This document shows, in pieces, positions 41,812 to 51,422 of a stretch of 64,000 nt of DNA. How positions within the stretch are numbered: position 1 is the stretch's first letter; each line of letters starts with the position of its first letter. The position numbers and the translations under genes were made by a program. A model generated the notes under the pieces. It was not told the origin of the DNA. It saw nothing but the letters and a program-made list of their open reading frames with translations, and made no database searches. The stretch spans positions 259,551 to 323,550 of the forward strand of contig JAJDEP010000014.1 in NCBI GenBank assembly GCA_029259715.1. Reading direction: 5' to 3'. The stretch comes from Planctomycetota bacterium. GTDB lineage: Bacteria > Planctomycetota > B15-G4.

Positions 41812-42513
41812 ATGGGACCCTTCATCGGCGTCACTTGCAGTGCCGACCCGGACGGCGAGCCGCGGGTCAATCCACGCTACGTCCGTGCGCTGCATCGCAT
41901 GGGCGCCCTGCCCGTGGCCCTGCCCTTCCTGACCGACACGGCGGCCGCCCACGCGCTCCTCGATCGCCTCCATGGCGTGCTCCTCACCGGCAGCGAGGAC
42001 ATGGACCCGAGCTTCTGGCAGGAGCAGCCGCATGCCGCGACGGTGCTCATGCACCCCCACCGCATGACCACCGAGGTGGAATTGTGCCGCGCGCTGCTCG
42101 AGCGCGACCTGCCGACCCTGGGCATCTGCGGCGGGATGCAGAACCTCAACGCCGTGGCCGGTGGCTCCATCCACCAGCACATCCCCGACCTCGGCGACGT
42201 CGGTCCCCACAGCGACCCCACCTTCGCCGCGCGGCACGCGGTGGAAGCCGTCGGCGACTCGCGCCTCGGCACGCTCCTCGGGACCGCGTTCGAGACGAAC
42301 ACCGAGCACCACCAGGCCTGCAACCGCCTCGGCGAGGGGCTCGTCGCCACCGCGTGGTGCACCGACGGCGTCATGGAGGGGCTCGAGGCGCCGGACAAGC
42401 GCTTCTTCGTCGCCGTCCAATGGCATCCCGAGCTGATGCTCGACGACCCGGCCCAGGCGGGTCTCATCGCCGCCCTGGTGGACGCCGCCCGCGACGTCCC
42501 CTGCGGCGGCTGA
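41812..42513 (+). CDS. Peptidase C26 / gamma-glutamyl hydrolase (PuuD-like class I glutamine amidotransferase fold)
   Basis: LLTGSED, LGICGGMQ (Cys), HHQA, VQWHPE (His-Glu). Confidence 0.9.
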   Translation: MGPFIGVTCSADPDGEPRVNPRYVRALHRMGALPVALPFLTDTAAAHALLDRLHGVLLTGSEDMDPSFWQEQPHAATVLMHPHRMTTEVELCRALLERDLPTLGICGGMQNLNAVAGGSIHQHIPDLGDVGPHSDPTFAARHAVEAVGDSRLGTLLGTAFETNTEHHQACNRLGEGLVATAWCTDGVMEGLEAPDKRFFVAVQWHPELMLDDPAQAGLIAALVDAARDVPCGG

Positions 42514-42522
42514 CCCCCGGCC

Positions 42523-43995
42523 ATGGATCGCAACCGCATCCGCAAGGCCGCCATGGGTAAGCGTGCGGCGGCCGCCCGCACCGGCGCCACCGGCCGCGAG
42601 AAGATCCGGCTGATCGCCTACGGCTTGCTCATCGTCGTCATCGGGGGCTACTTCGCGGCCCGCCCGGCCGACAAGGAGGACGCCGCCGTCGAAGCGGTGC
42701 GCCATCCGGTCTCGCCCCGCAACGCGACGCCCATCGCCGTTGTCGATGTGGCCCGCCTGACCGCAGTGCGGGACGACACGCCGACGGCCCGGGCCGTGCT
42801 CGAACCCGATGCCCGCGACCACCTCGTCTCACAGGCGGGGCGCCTGGTGTTCGGCGACATGGAACAGCTCGGCGTCCGCGCGCTCCCGCGCGCAACCGTC
42901 GTGTCCGACCCCGGGGCCCACCGCGGCGCCCCGCTCTCGGTGCTCGGACGCCTGCTCTGGTACGAGCCCGAGCTCGCCACGACGCCGCACACCTTCCGGG
43001 GCGAGATCGAGGACGAGCAGGGCGGCGCCTGGACCTTCCTCGTCGTCAACCTGCCCTGGGGCCTCGAAGTGGGCGAGGTGGTGCGGGTCAGCGGCTTCTT
43101 CTTCAAGCTGCACGACATGCTGCGACCGGACCGCACCTTCGCCACCGGGCCGCTGCTCGTCGCCGAGGAGCTGCTGCCGTCGGCCTACCGCATCGCGCCG
43201 GTCAAGGTGCTGCGGGACGATCTGTTCCTGGGCACCCGCGACCTCGACCTGTCCGACGCCAGCCGGCCGCTCGACAGCCTGGCCTACTTCGAGCTGCTCA
43301 GCTACGTGCAGAACACCGCTGCCGACGTGCTCTTCGGACCGGTGGCGACGCGCGAACCGATCTACGCCCGCGACATGCGCAGCGACCCGACCCGCTGGCG
43401 CGGCCGGGCGGTGACCGTGCGCGGCAAGGTGCTGCACACCCAGCGCTCGTCGCTCGGCCCCATGGGCGAGAACCCCCTCGGCATCCCCTGGGTCTGGGAG
43501 GTGTACCTGCTCAACAGTGTCGGCGGGCCGACCCGGGCCATCACCCTCGAGGAACCGGTGGGCATCGAGCCCGACATGACGGTCGACGTCGACGGCATCT
43601 TCTTCCGGCGCTTCGCCTACGAGAACAAGTTCAACGACCCCATCGTCTCGACCGTGATCATCGCCGGCGACGTACGCCCCTTCGTCATCCCCCCGGACGA
43701 GATCACGCCGTTCATCCAACGCTTCGTGCTCTTCGGCGGACTGGGCCTGGTGGCGCTCATCGTCCTGGCGCAACGGCGCGAGGGCCGCCAGCGCGGACGC
43801 GATCGTCACCGCTCCGCCGACCGCAAGAAGAAGCTCATCGCCCTGCCGGGGACCCTGCATCGCGCGCCGCCCGGCCGCGAAGGCGAAGGCGATGGCACGG
43901 GCACGGCACACGCGCCACCGGCCACCCCACCGCCGACGACCCCGCCGCCAACGACACCGCCCCCGGCGCCTCCCTCGCCGTCGTCTCCGCTGTGA
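42523..43995 (+). CDS. Hypothetical membrane protein, two TMs flanking a duplicated OB-fold-like domain
   Basis: HRGAPLSVLGRL...VRVSGFFFK and WRGRAVTVRGKV...VDVDGIFFR; Pro/Thr-rich tail. Confidence 0.75.
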   Translation: MDRNRIRKAAMGKRAAAARTGATGREKIRLIAYGLLIVVIGGYFAARPADKEDAAVEAVRHPVSPRNATPIAVVDVARLTAVRDDTPTARAVLEPDARDHLVSQAGRLVFGDMEQLGVRALPRATVVSDPGAHRGAPLSVLGRLLWYEPELATTPHTFRGEIEDEQGGAWTFLVVNLPWGLEVGEVVRVSGFFFKLHDMLRPDRTFATGPLLVAEELLPSAYRIAPVKVLRDDLFLGTRDLDLSDASRPLDSLAYFELLSYVQNTAADVLFGPVATREPIYARDMRSDPTRWRGRAVTVRGKVLHTQRSSLGPMGENPLGIPWVWEVYLLNSVGGPTRAITLEEPVGIEPDMTVDVDGIFFRRFAYENKFNDPIVSTVIIAGDVRPFVIPPDEITPFIQRFVLFGGLGLVALIVLAQRREGRQRGRDRHRSADRKKKLIALPGTLHRAPPGREGEGDGTGTAHAPPATPPPTTPPPTTPPPAPPSPSSPL

Positions 43996-45038
43996 GCCGC
44001 TCGCACGTCGAGGTGCAGACCGGCCTGCTGGCCCGACGCGCTGCCCAACTGGCGACCCGCGCCGCCCTGGTGCTCACGGACGAGAACGTCGCGGCGCTCC
44101 TGCCCGCCGCGCTCGCCGAGCGCCCCCGTCACGTCCTGGTGCCCGGCGAAGCGAGCAAGTCGTGGGACGAGCTCGGGCGGCTGCTGCGGGCCCTCGATGC
44201 CGGCGGCGTCGACCGCGACGGACACCTGGTCGCCGTGGGCGGCGGTGTGGTCACCGACCTCGGAGGACTGGCCGCCTCGCTGCATCGCCGCGGCATCTCC
44301 TGGTCGGCCGTGCCGACGTCGCTCGTCGGTCAGGTCGACGCGGCCCTGGGCGGCAAGACCGCCGTGAACCTCGGCGGCGGCAAGAACACCGTGGGCAGCT
44401 TCCACCCGCCCGCCGACGTGGTCATCGACCCGGGCGTCCTCGCCACCCTGCCGCGTCGACACCTGTGCGCCGGCATGGCCGAGGTGCTCAAGACGGCCCT
44501 GATCTCCGGGCCGGAGGCGCTCGATGCGGCGGCCGCCCTGGAGCCCGACGACTTCGCCGCCGCCACCCCCGCGGCCGTCGCCGTCATCGAGGCCTGCGTC
44601 GCGACCAAGTCCGCCCTCGTCGAGCAGGATCTCCACGACCGCGGTCCTCGCCGGGCCCTCAACCTGGGCCACACCTTCGGTCACGCCTTCGAGGCCCTGG
44701 CCCTGGCCGGCGACCCCGCGGACAGCCTGTTGCACGGCGAGGCGGTCGCCCTGGGCCTGCTGTGCGCCGCCCGGCTGGCGGCCGGTCTCCCCGACGCCGA
44801 TCGCGAGCTGCCCGCTCGCCTGACCGGGACGCTGAGACGCTGGGGGCTGCCGACCTCCTCGCCCCTGACCGCCGAGCCGCTGCTGGCCGAGATGGGCCGC
44901 GACAAGAAGCGCGCCGGGGGAGCCCTGCGCCTGGTCCTGGCGCCGCGGCCCGGCCGGGTGGAGATCGAGGACGCGGTGCCGGCCGACCGGATCCGGGCGG
45001 GCCTCGAAGCGGTGAGGAAATCGGCCTCAACTTCGTGA
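43992..45038 (+). CDS. aroB: 3-dehydroquinate synthase
   Basis: GEASKS, GGGVVTDLGG, VPTSLVGQVDAALGGKTAVN, KNTVG, LNLGHTFGHA, HGEAV, DKK. Confidence 0.93.
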   Translation: MSRSHVEVQTGLLARRAAQLATRAALVLTDENVAALLPAALAERPRHVLVPGEASKSWDELGRLLRALDAGGVDRDGHLVAVGGGVVTDLGGLAASLHRRGISWSAVPTSLVGQVDAALGGKTAVNLGGGKNTVGSFHPPADVVIDPGVLATLPRRHLCAGMAEVLKTALISGPEALDAAAALEPDDFAAATPAAVAVIEACVATKSALVEQDLHDRGPRRALNLGHTFGHAFEALALAGDPADSLLHGEAVALGLLCAARLAAGLPDADRELPARLTGTLRRWGLPTSSPLTAEPLLAEMGRDKKRAGGALRLVLAPRPGRVEIEDAVPADRIRAGLEAVRKSASTS

Positions 45039-45072
45039 GCGAAACGGGCCGACGAGGAGCTTCGGAGGCTCC

Positions 45073-45741
45073 ATGGACTCGACCCCTGCAATGCCCGCCG
45101 CCCTTGCTGCCGCCTGCAGCCAAGGCCATCCCCTCGAACTCTGGGTCCTCGTGGACGGCGAGATCGTCCAATGCCCGGGGTTGTTCCTGCAACCGGATGA
45201 GCAGGGTCGCCCCCAGCTCACGGCGGCGCTGCCCGACGACTTCGTCGGCGTGATCCGCAACGGCTCGGCCGTGCGCGGCTTCTTCGCCGACCATGCCGGG
45301 ACGATCCACACCTTCCTCACCAGCGTGCATCGCTGGGTGCCGTTCGACGACAACCCCCGCTCGGCGCGCATCCACCTCGACGCGCCGGTCATCGTCGCGC
45401 CCTGCCAGCGTCGCCGCAGTCGCCGCAAGGGCGCCGGCAACCTGCCCGTGCAGCTCTCGGTCACGATCCGCGGGAACCGCGAGTCGGTCCAGGGTCGACT
45501 CGTCGACGCCTCGACCAACGGCATCGGCGTGCGCCTCGTGCGCACGGCCAGCAACTGGTTCGGCAAGGGCACGCGCGTCAACGTCGAGGTCGACATGCCC
45601 GACCGCGCCGAGCCCCTGTCCTTCGACGCCATCGTCAGCCGCGCCAACACCGAGGCGTTGCATTACCTCTACGGACTGCGCGCCGCGGATGCCCGCGAGA
45701 GCCGCAAGGTCCTGCGCGACATCCTCGACCAGGTGATCTAG
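45073..45741 (+). CDS. PilZ domain protein (c-di-GMP receptor)
   Basis: QRRRSRR (RxxxR) and DASTNG (D/NxSxxG); GGAGG SD. Confidence 0.8.
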   Translation: MDSTPAMPAALAAACSQGHPLELWVLVDGEIVQCPGLFLQPDEQGRPQLTAALPDDFVGVIRNGSAVRGFFADHAGTIHTFLTSVHRWVPFDDNPRSARIHLDAPVIVAPCQRRRSRRKGAGNLPVQLSVTIRGNRESVQGRLVDASTNGIGVRLVRTASNWFGKGTRVNVEVDMPDRAEPLSFDAIVSRANTEALHYLYGLRAADARESRKVLRDILDQVI

Positions 45742-45800
45742 CCACCCCACCGCGGCTCGCCCCCTGCGTGGAGGCGGACGCTCGCGGCGACAGGCCCGGC

Positions 45801-48800
45801 TCAGTATCCGGGCGGCGGCGGGGCCGGTTCGCACTTCTCCGGCGACAGGTCGACGAAGCCGACGAGCAGGTTCGACAGGCCGATGCGGATGATGCCCGCG
45901 TCCTCTTCCTCGGTGTAGAGCTGCATGAAGATGACTTCGTCACCCGTCAACCCGGACGGATCGGGGTTCACCCGGAACGGCAGGCTGAATTGCGGCGCCG
46001 GCGTGGGGAAGATGATCAGGAAGTGGAGGCCCGTCACGTCCGGCCCGAAGCTGCCGCCCCGTAGTTCGAGCGGCGGGTCGAATTCCTCCAGGCTGATGAA
46101 CAGACCGGCCGCCGTGGTCTCGGGGGCGAAGCGATCGGCCAGGACGAGCACGTCGCAGCCCGGGCTCAGCTCGCCGGACATGCGCAGCCGCGGCGGCAGC
46201 GGGCCGAAGCCGGTGCCGGCGTAGCTCAAGCTCTCGTCGTAGTCGTCGCGCTGCTCGAAGTCGCTCTCTGCGTAGGTGAAGCCGTCGACCAGCGTGTCGG
46301 TGCCGGTGGAGTCGGTCACGCGCAGGTCCATCAGCGTCTCGACGGGACCCTTCAGGTTGCTCGGCAAGGTGAACGTGAACACGTTCTCGTCGAGGGAGGC
46401 GGGCACGACCTCGAAACCCTGCTCGTCGTTGCCGAACTCGAAGACCAGGTCCACGGGCGGGATGATCGAGCTGTCGATGGTCACCTCGACGTCGATGGCC
46501 TCTTCGCCCATGAACGGCGGCGGTCCCGTCTGGTCCTCGTCGAAGATGCCCGATTCGGCGGGTCCCGTCGCCGGCTCGACGCCGGTCACCATGATCGTCT
46601 TGTAGGTGAAGGCGTTCTCGAGCACGTCACTGCCGTTGCTGTTGCGCACTTCGATGTCGACGAGCTCGTTCAGCTGCGGGCCCTTCTCCAGCAACACCGT
46701 GATGGTGGCCGTGAGCACGTCCGGGTCGCCGTCGCCGCCCTCTTCAGGATCGTCGAACACGACGGATTGCACCGTCATGGGCACGCCGTCGATGAACACC
46801 TCGGTGTCGCGCACGCCGAATTCCTCGACGTCGTTGAAGGCGATGCCCCGCACCGCAATGGTCTGGCCGGGCAGCCCCCGGTCCGGCTCGGGCGGTTCGG
46901 TGATCTCCGTCTCGACGAACTGGATGAAGTTGTCGAAGGTCTGGGTGCCGAGCGGCGTGGTGAGTGTGAGGTCGCTGAGCGGACCGAAGGGCGGCGCGCC
47001 CGGCGGTGGCGGCACCCGAAAGGTGATCGAGCCCGTGCTCCCGGACATCGAATCGACGATCTCGACCGTCAGGCCGTCGACCTCGACGGTGAACGGCTCG
47101 ACGAGATTGAAGACCTCCATCTCGACATCGGGGCCGCCGAAGAACACGTCGGTGGGCGCGACGTTGCCGAGACGGAAGATGGGTCCGTAGACCGCGTGGG
47201 CCCTCCCCGTCTCCCGCCAGGCCACCGACCCGAAGGGCTCGGCACTCGGGCGCGAAGCGGCACCGGGCGCGCCGGTCGCGAGGTCGGGGTCGCCGTCGTT
47301 GTTGAGATCGCCGGCGGCGACGGTCGTGCCGGCATGAAAACCCGCGGCCTCTCCCGAGAACTGGAGCTGGAACACGCCCGGCGGCGGGAAGTCGAGGTTG
47401 ACCGTCGAGCCGTGCAGCCCGGACAGCACACCGCCGTCGAGCACGCGCAGGCGGCCGGCCTCCGGGAAGGTCACGAAGTTGATGTCGAGGTGGGCCGAAG
47501 ACGGCGTCCCCAGCAGCAGCTCGTCGATGCCGTCGGAGTTCCAGTCTCCCCCGGGCACCGCGAACACGCCGAGGACGCCCTCGCCCGTGGCCTGCCCGAG
47601 GATCTCGAGGGACAGGGGGCGCGCCGGCGTACCGGCCAGCGAGAGGTCGTAGCCCGCGGGCGCCGCGCTGTCGAAGGCCCCCGAGATGACATACGTGGCG
47701 CCCCGTTGGGGACGACCCAGGTCGCCGTTGAGCGGGGCGGTGATGATCAGGTCGTCGTAGATGTCGGCGCCGCCGCCCTCCTCGAAGAAGTCACCGGCCG
47801 GGCCGACGAAATGGCCGGCGCGATCGCCCTGGGCGCCCCCCGTGAACACGGGCCCCGCGTCGTCGGGGCCGTCGCCGAAGTCGTCCAAGGTGAGCAACGC
47901 TGCCGGCGTCGCGGGCAACTCGACACCCCGCAGCACCGCCACCGCCCCCGACAGCAGCTTGCCGTTCAACGAAGCCGAGGGTGCACCGATGGCGAACTCG
48001 TCGCCGATCAACGACGTGGCGCCCGCCTGTCCCGGCAGCACCGGGTCGAAGCGGCCGATCCCGGCGACCGAGGTGCCCAGCAGCTGGAAGTTGTCCGAGC
48101 CGCGCACCTCCGTAAGCCCCCCGGGCAGCGCGCCATTCAGGATCCGGGTGGAGACATTGGCCATGCTGTTGAAGCCGTAGGCGATCCAGGCGCTGCCGTT
48201 CTGGAGCAGGCCATCGGACGAGTCGAACGGCGCGCCGAGGATGATGTCGTCGCTGCCGTCACCGTCGGCGTCGATCCCGCCGCCCAGGGCGCTGCCCACC
48301 ATGGCCATGGAGCGATTGCCCCGCAGGAATGTGCCCGCGGTCGTGGCGCGCAGGTTCTCGAGGAACTGCTGGTGCGAGCCGTTGCCGATGGTCGCGCCGC
48401 CGAGCACCAGATAGGCGCCGCCGTTGAGGTTGAGTCCGCCCTCACTGCGCAGCGGCGCCCCGATGACGAAGTCAGGGAAGGCGTCGTTGTTGATGAAACC
48501 GACGGCGGCCACGGCCGTCCCGGTGTGGGAGCCGGGCGGGCCGATGAAGTCGATGCCCTCGCCGGGACCCAGGTTGCGCAGGTCGATCTCGGCATCGCTC
48601 CCGGGCGTGCCCTTCTCGGCGCTGCCGAAGATCAGGTAGGCGTGGCCCGCCTCGTCCGGCGCCGGGAAGGGGTTCGTCACCAGGGCCGGGTCGAGCGGAT
48701 CGGTGGGCATCAGCGGCGCGCCGATGAGCAAGTCGTCGTAGCCGTCCTGGTTGGCGTCGAGAATGGCGACGCTGCGACCGACAGCGCTGGTCACGGGCTG

Positions 48801-48968
48801 GACGAAGCCCTCGATGAGGATCCCGTGCAGCCCGCCCTCACCGCGGGTGGTGAGTCCGCGCGGGCCGCTCAGGTCATTGAGCAACGAGACGGTCTGGCCG
48901 GAGGCAACGGCTGCCAGCAGGCACAGGGCCGCGAAGGCGCGAAGGGTCGGGAGGGTTGCCGTAAACAC
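45801..48968 (-). CDS. Secreted FG-GAP repeat protein with IPT/TIG-like domains and conserved C-terminal domain
   Basis: Signal peptide (RAFAALCLLAAVASG); DANQDGYDDLLIGAP-type repeats; tandem TIG-like units ending FQF, FTY, FTY. Confidence 0.85.
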   Translation of the reverse strand: MFTATLPTLRAFAALCLLAAVASGQTVSLLNDLSGPRGLTTRGEGGLHGILIEGFVQPVTSAVGRSVAILDANQDGYDDLLIGAPLMPTDPLDPALVTNPFPAPDEAGHAYLIFGSAEKGTPGSDAEIDLRNLGPGEGIDFIGPPGSHTGTAVAAVGFINNDAFPDFVIGAPLRSEGGLNLNGGAYLVLGGATIGNGSHQQFLENLRATTAGTFLRGNRSMAMVGSALGGGIDADGDGSDDIILGAPFDSSDGLLQNGSAWIAYGFNSMANVSTRILNGALPGGLTEVRGSDNFQLLGTSVAGIGRFDPVLPGQAGATSLIGDEFAIGAPSASLNGKLLSGAVAVLRGVELPATPAALLTLDDFGDGPDDAGPVFTGGAQGDRAGHFVGPAGDFFEEGGGADIYDDLIITAPLNGDLGRPQRGATYVISGAFDSAAPAGYDLSLAGTPARPLSLEILGQATGEGVLGVFAVPGGDWNSDGIDELLLGTPSSAHLDINFVTFPEAGRLRVLDGGVLSGLHGSTVNLDFPPPGVFQLQFSGEAAGFHAGTTVAAGDLNNDGDPDLATGAPGAASRPSAEPFGSVAWRETGRAHAVYGPIFRLGNVAPTDVFFGGPDVEMEVFNLVEPFTVEVDGLTVEIVDSMSGSTGSITFRVPPPPGAPPFGPLSDLTLTTPLGTQTFDNFIQFVETEITEPPEPDRGLPGQTIAVRGIAFNDVEEFGVRDTEVFIDGVPMTVQSVVFDDPEEGGDGDPDVLTATITVLLEKGPQLNELVDIEVRNSNGSDVLENAFTYKTIMVTGVEPATGPAESGIFDEDQTGPPPFMGEEAIDVEVTIDSSIIPPVDLVFEFGNDEQGFEVVPASLDENVFTFTLPSNLKGPVETLMDLRVTDSTGTDTLVDGFTYAESDFEQRDDYDESLSYAGTGFGPLPPRLRMSGELSPGCDVLVLADRFAPETTAAGLFISLEEFDPPLELRGGSFGPDVTGLHFLIIFPTPAPQFSLPFRVNPDPSGLTGDEVIFMQLYTEEEDAGIIRIGLSNLLVGFVDLSPEKCEPAPPPPGY

Positions 48969-49088
48969 CTGCAAATCAAAGGGCTGCGTGCGGTTTGAGG
49001 GCCCGGATCGTACTGCCCTGCCGGGAGAGCGTCTAGCAGCGGTCGGGGGACCGGGGTAACCCAGCGACCAGGGGCCCGTCGGGGGGCT

Positions 49089-50207
49089 GTGGGACGCACG
49101 ACGGCCACCGTTTCGATCGATGAAGTCTGCCTCCATCTGGCCGGGGCCACCGCCGTGGACGCGCGCCGCCTCGCCGTGGCCTTCGGAGAACCCGAGCGGT
49201 CCTGCGATGCGCCCAAGGGCCCGGGGTGGCGTCGTCAGCCCCTCACGGCCCTGCGTCGGGCCGGTCTCGCCCCTTCCCTCGCGCGCCGCCTCGACGAGCT
49301 TCGAGACGGGCGGGAGGCGGCCGCCGAGCTCGACCGGACGCAGCGAGCCGATGTGCGCCTGGTGCCTCACCGCGACCCCTCCTGGCCCGAGGCACTGGAG
49401 CACCTGCCGCGGCCGCCCGTGCTCCTGGCCGTGCGCGGGAGCTGGCCTCCGCCCGAGCCCGCCCTCGCGGTGGTGGGCGCCCGTGCCGCCACCGCCTACG
49501 GGCGCGCGGCGACCCTGCGGCTCGCGAAGACCGCCTCCCGTGCCGGCCTGGCCATCGTCAGCGGGCTGGCCCGCGGCGTCGACCGCTACGCGCTCGAGTC
49601 CGCCTTCGACGAGGCGGGCCGGCCGGTCGCCGTGCTCGGGTGCGGGCTCGGCATCGTCTACCCGCCCGAGCATCACGCGCTGCAGGCGCGCATCGCTCGG
49701 GAGGGCACGTTGGTGAGCGAGTTCCCGCTGCGGCAGCCGCCGACCCGCTGGGCCTTCCCGAGGCGCAACCGCATCATCGCCGCGCTTGCGCGGGCCGTGC
49801 TCGTCGTGGAAGCCGGTGCCCGTAGCGGCGCCTTGATCACCGCGGCCCACGCGCTCGAACTGGGGCGCGACGTCCTGGCCGTGCCCGGCCCCATCGACGG
49901 TCCGCAATCCGAGGGGACCAACCGGCTCATCGCCGACGGAGCCGCCCCGGTGCTCGACGGTGCCGGGCTGCTCGAATTGCTCGGACACGGGTCGACACCG
50001 ACCGACGAGGGCGCCGCGCCGGCCGGCGCGGCGGGCACGCTGCATCCGCTCATCGCGGCTCTCGAACGCAAGGCCCTGGGTGTCGACGAGTTAGCCACCC
50101 TGTGCGGCCTCGCGGTCCCGCGGGTGCGCGCGGAGTTGGTGGCCCTCGAGTTGGAGGGGCGCGTCACACCGCTGCCGGGCGGTCGCTGGGAGAAACGCCG
50201 TCGTTGA
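49089..50207 (+). CDS. dprA: DNA-processing protein DprA
   Basis: AVVGAR.ATAYG, IVSGLARGVD, AVLGCG, FPRRNRII, VVEAGARSGALITA, GRDVLAVPG; C-terminal wHTH. Confidence 0.93.
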   Translation: MGRTTATVSIDEVCLHLAGATAVDARRLAVAFGEPERSCDAPKGPGWRRQPLTALRRAGLAPSLARRLDELRDGREAAAELDRTQRADVRLVPHRDPSWPEALEHLPRPPVLLAVRGSWPPPEPALAVVGARAATAYGRAATLRLAKTASRAGLAIVSGLARGVDRYALESAFDEAGRPVAVLGCGLGIVYPPEHHALQARIAREGTLVSEFPLRQPPTRWAFPRRNRIIAALARAVLVVEAGARSGALITAAHALELGRDVLAVPGPIDGPQSEGTNRLIADGAAPVLDGAGLLELLGHGSTPTDEGAAPAGAAGTLHPLIAALERKALGVDELATLCGLAVPRVRAELVALELEGRVTPLPGGRWEKRRR

Positions 50208-50265
50208 GCGCGGGGTCCCGACGAGCGGGCTCCCGACACCCGACTTCCCGACGATCGCCGACGCC

Positions 50266-50469
50266 TCAGAGGATGTTCGAGAGCCAGCCGGTGCTGACCA
50301 GGGCGAGCAACACCACCCCGCCGAGGAACTTGAACCAGCGCACGACGCCCATGCGCGCCGCCCGCCCCACCGATTCCTCGCGCAGTCCGCTGTAGACGAG
50401 GAAGCAGAACAGGGACAGGACCCCGAACCACATCAGGTGCTCGACGAGTCCGAGGGGACCGACGCCCAT
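50266..50469 (-). CDS. Small two-helix membrane protein
   Basis: MGVGPLGLVEHLMWFGVLSLFCFLVYSGLREES...; ATG overlaps upstream TGA. Confidence 0.65.
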   Translation of the reverse strand: MGVGPLGLVEHLMWFGVLSLFCFLVYSGLREESVGRAARMGVVRWFKFLGGVVLLALVSTGWLSNIL

Positions 50470-50858
50470 CAGCTCGTCACCTTCCCGGTCTTTGGCGCCG
50501 GCTCGACACGCCGCACCGTCTCGTAGGCATCCACCATCACGACCAGATTCATGATGCCGGCCACCGTCGAGAACACGACCCCCAGCTCGAGGCGGTCGAT
50601 GGTGTGCCCCGTGGGACGGTTCCCGAGCAACGCGTCGGCGAGGATTGCGGGCAGCCCGGCGCCGATCTGTCCGTACCAATGCAGCGGAAAGCGCTCCTGG
50701 CTCACGCTCGCGCCTTCCCCCAGCAGGACGCCCAGGCCGAACACGACCAGGACCAGGCCACCGAGGTAGAGCGCCTTGGCCCCGCGCCCGAGGATCACAT
50801 GCCCCAGGCCCGGCACCAGCCATGCACAGACCGCCGCGACCAGGGCACGTGCGATCAT
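50469..50858 (-). CDS. DUF6677-like membrane protein
   Basis: AWLVPGLGH, ELGVVFSTVAGIMNLVVMVDAY. Confidence 0.75.
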   Translation of the reverse strand: MIARALVAAVCAWLVPGLGHVILGRGAKALYLGGLVLVVFGLGVLLGEGASVSQERFPLHWYGQIGAGLPAILADALLGNRPTGHTIDRLELGVVFSTVAGIMNLVVMVDAYETVRRVEPAPKTGKVTS

Positions 50859-50975
50859 GGGGAGCAGCTCCGGGGCGTGCGCCGGCCGTGGCGCCTTGCG
50901 TACGTCGGGGATTTTGCCGAATCTGGCCTCCCTCTGGCGAGCTTCGCCACGAGCGCCTTCCGGGTGGGCCTGCCC

Positions 50976-51422
50976 ATGTCCGAGTTCCTCGTCTCCATCC
51001 GGCCTCGCTACGGCGAGGTGGACTCCATGGGCTTCGTGTATCACGCCCATCATCTGGTCTACTTCGACATCGGCCGGACCGAGTTCATGCGGGCTCACGG
51101 CGTCGTCTATGCCGATCTCGAGCGCCGCGGCTTCCGGCTGCCGGTCGTGGACGTCTCCCTCGAGTACCGGCGTCCGGCCCACTACGACCAGGAGCTGGAG
51201 GTGGCCGTCTGGCTCGAGGATCTCGGCCGGGCCAGCGTCGTCTTCCGCTATGAGTTGTGGGACGCCGAGGGCGTGGTGCTCGCCTCGGGCAGCACCCGGC
51301 TCGGGTGCATCGCGGCGGACGGCCGCCCCACGGCCCTGCCCGCCGACGCCCACGCCGCTCTGAGCGCCGGCCTCGGCTCGACGGGAAGAGGACACGGCCG
51401 CCGGTCGTCGGAGCGGTCATGA
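50976..51422 (+). CDS. Acyl-CoA thioesterase (YbgC/FadM hotdog family)
   Basis: RYGEVDSMGFVYHAHHLVYFDIGRTE, YRRPAHYD. Confidence 0.9.
   Translation: MSEFLVSIRPRYGEVDSMGFVYHAHHLVYFDIGRTEFMRAHGVVYADLERRGFRLPVVDVSLEYRRPAHYDQELEVAVWLEDLGRASVVFRYELWDAEGVVLASGSTRLGCIAADGRPTALPADAHAALSAGLGSTGRGHGRRSSERS

Noticed and set aside
48969-50045. N-terminal 359 aa of the 1414-aa ORF
   Set aside because: Overlaps dprA on the opposite strand; the real protein starts near 48968 with a signal peptide
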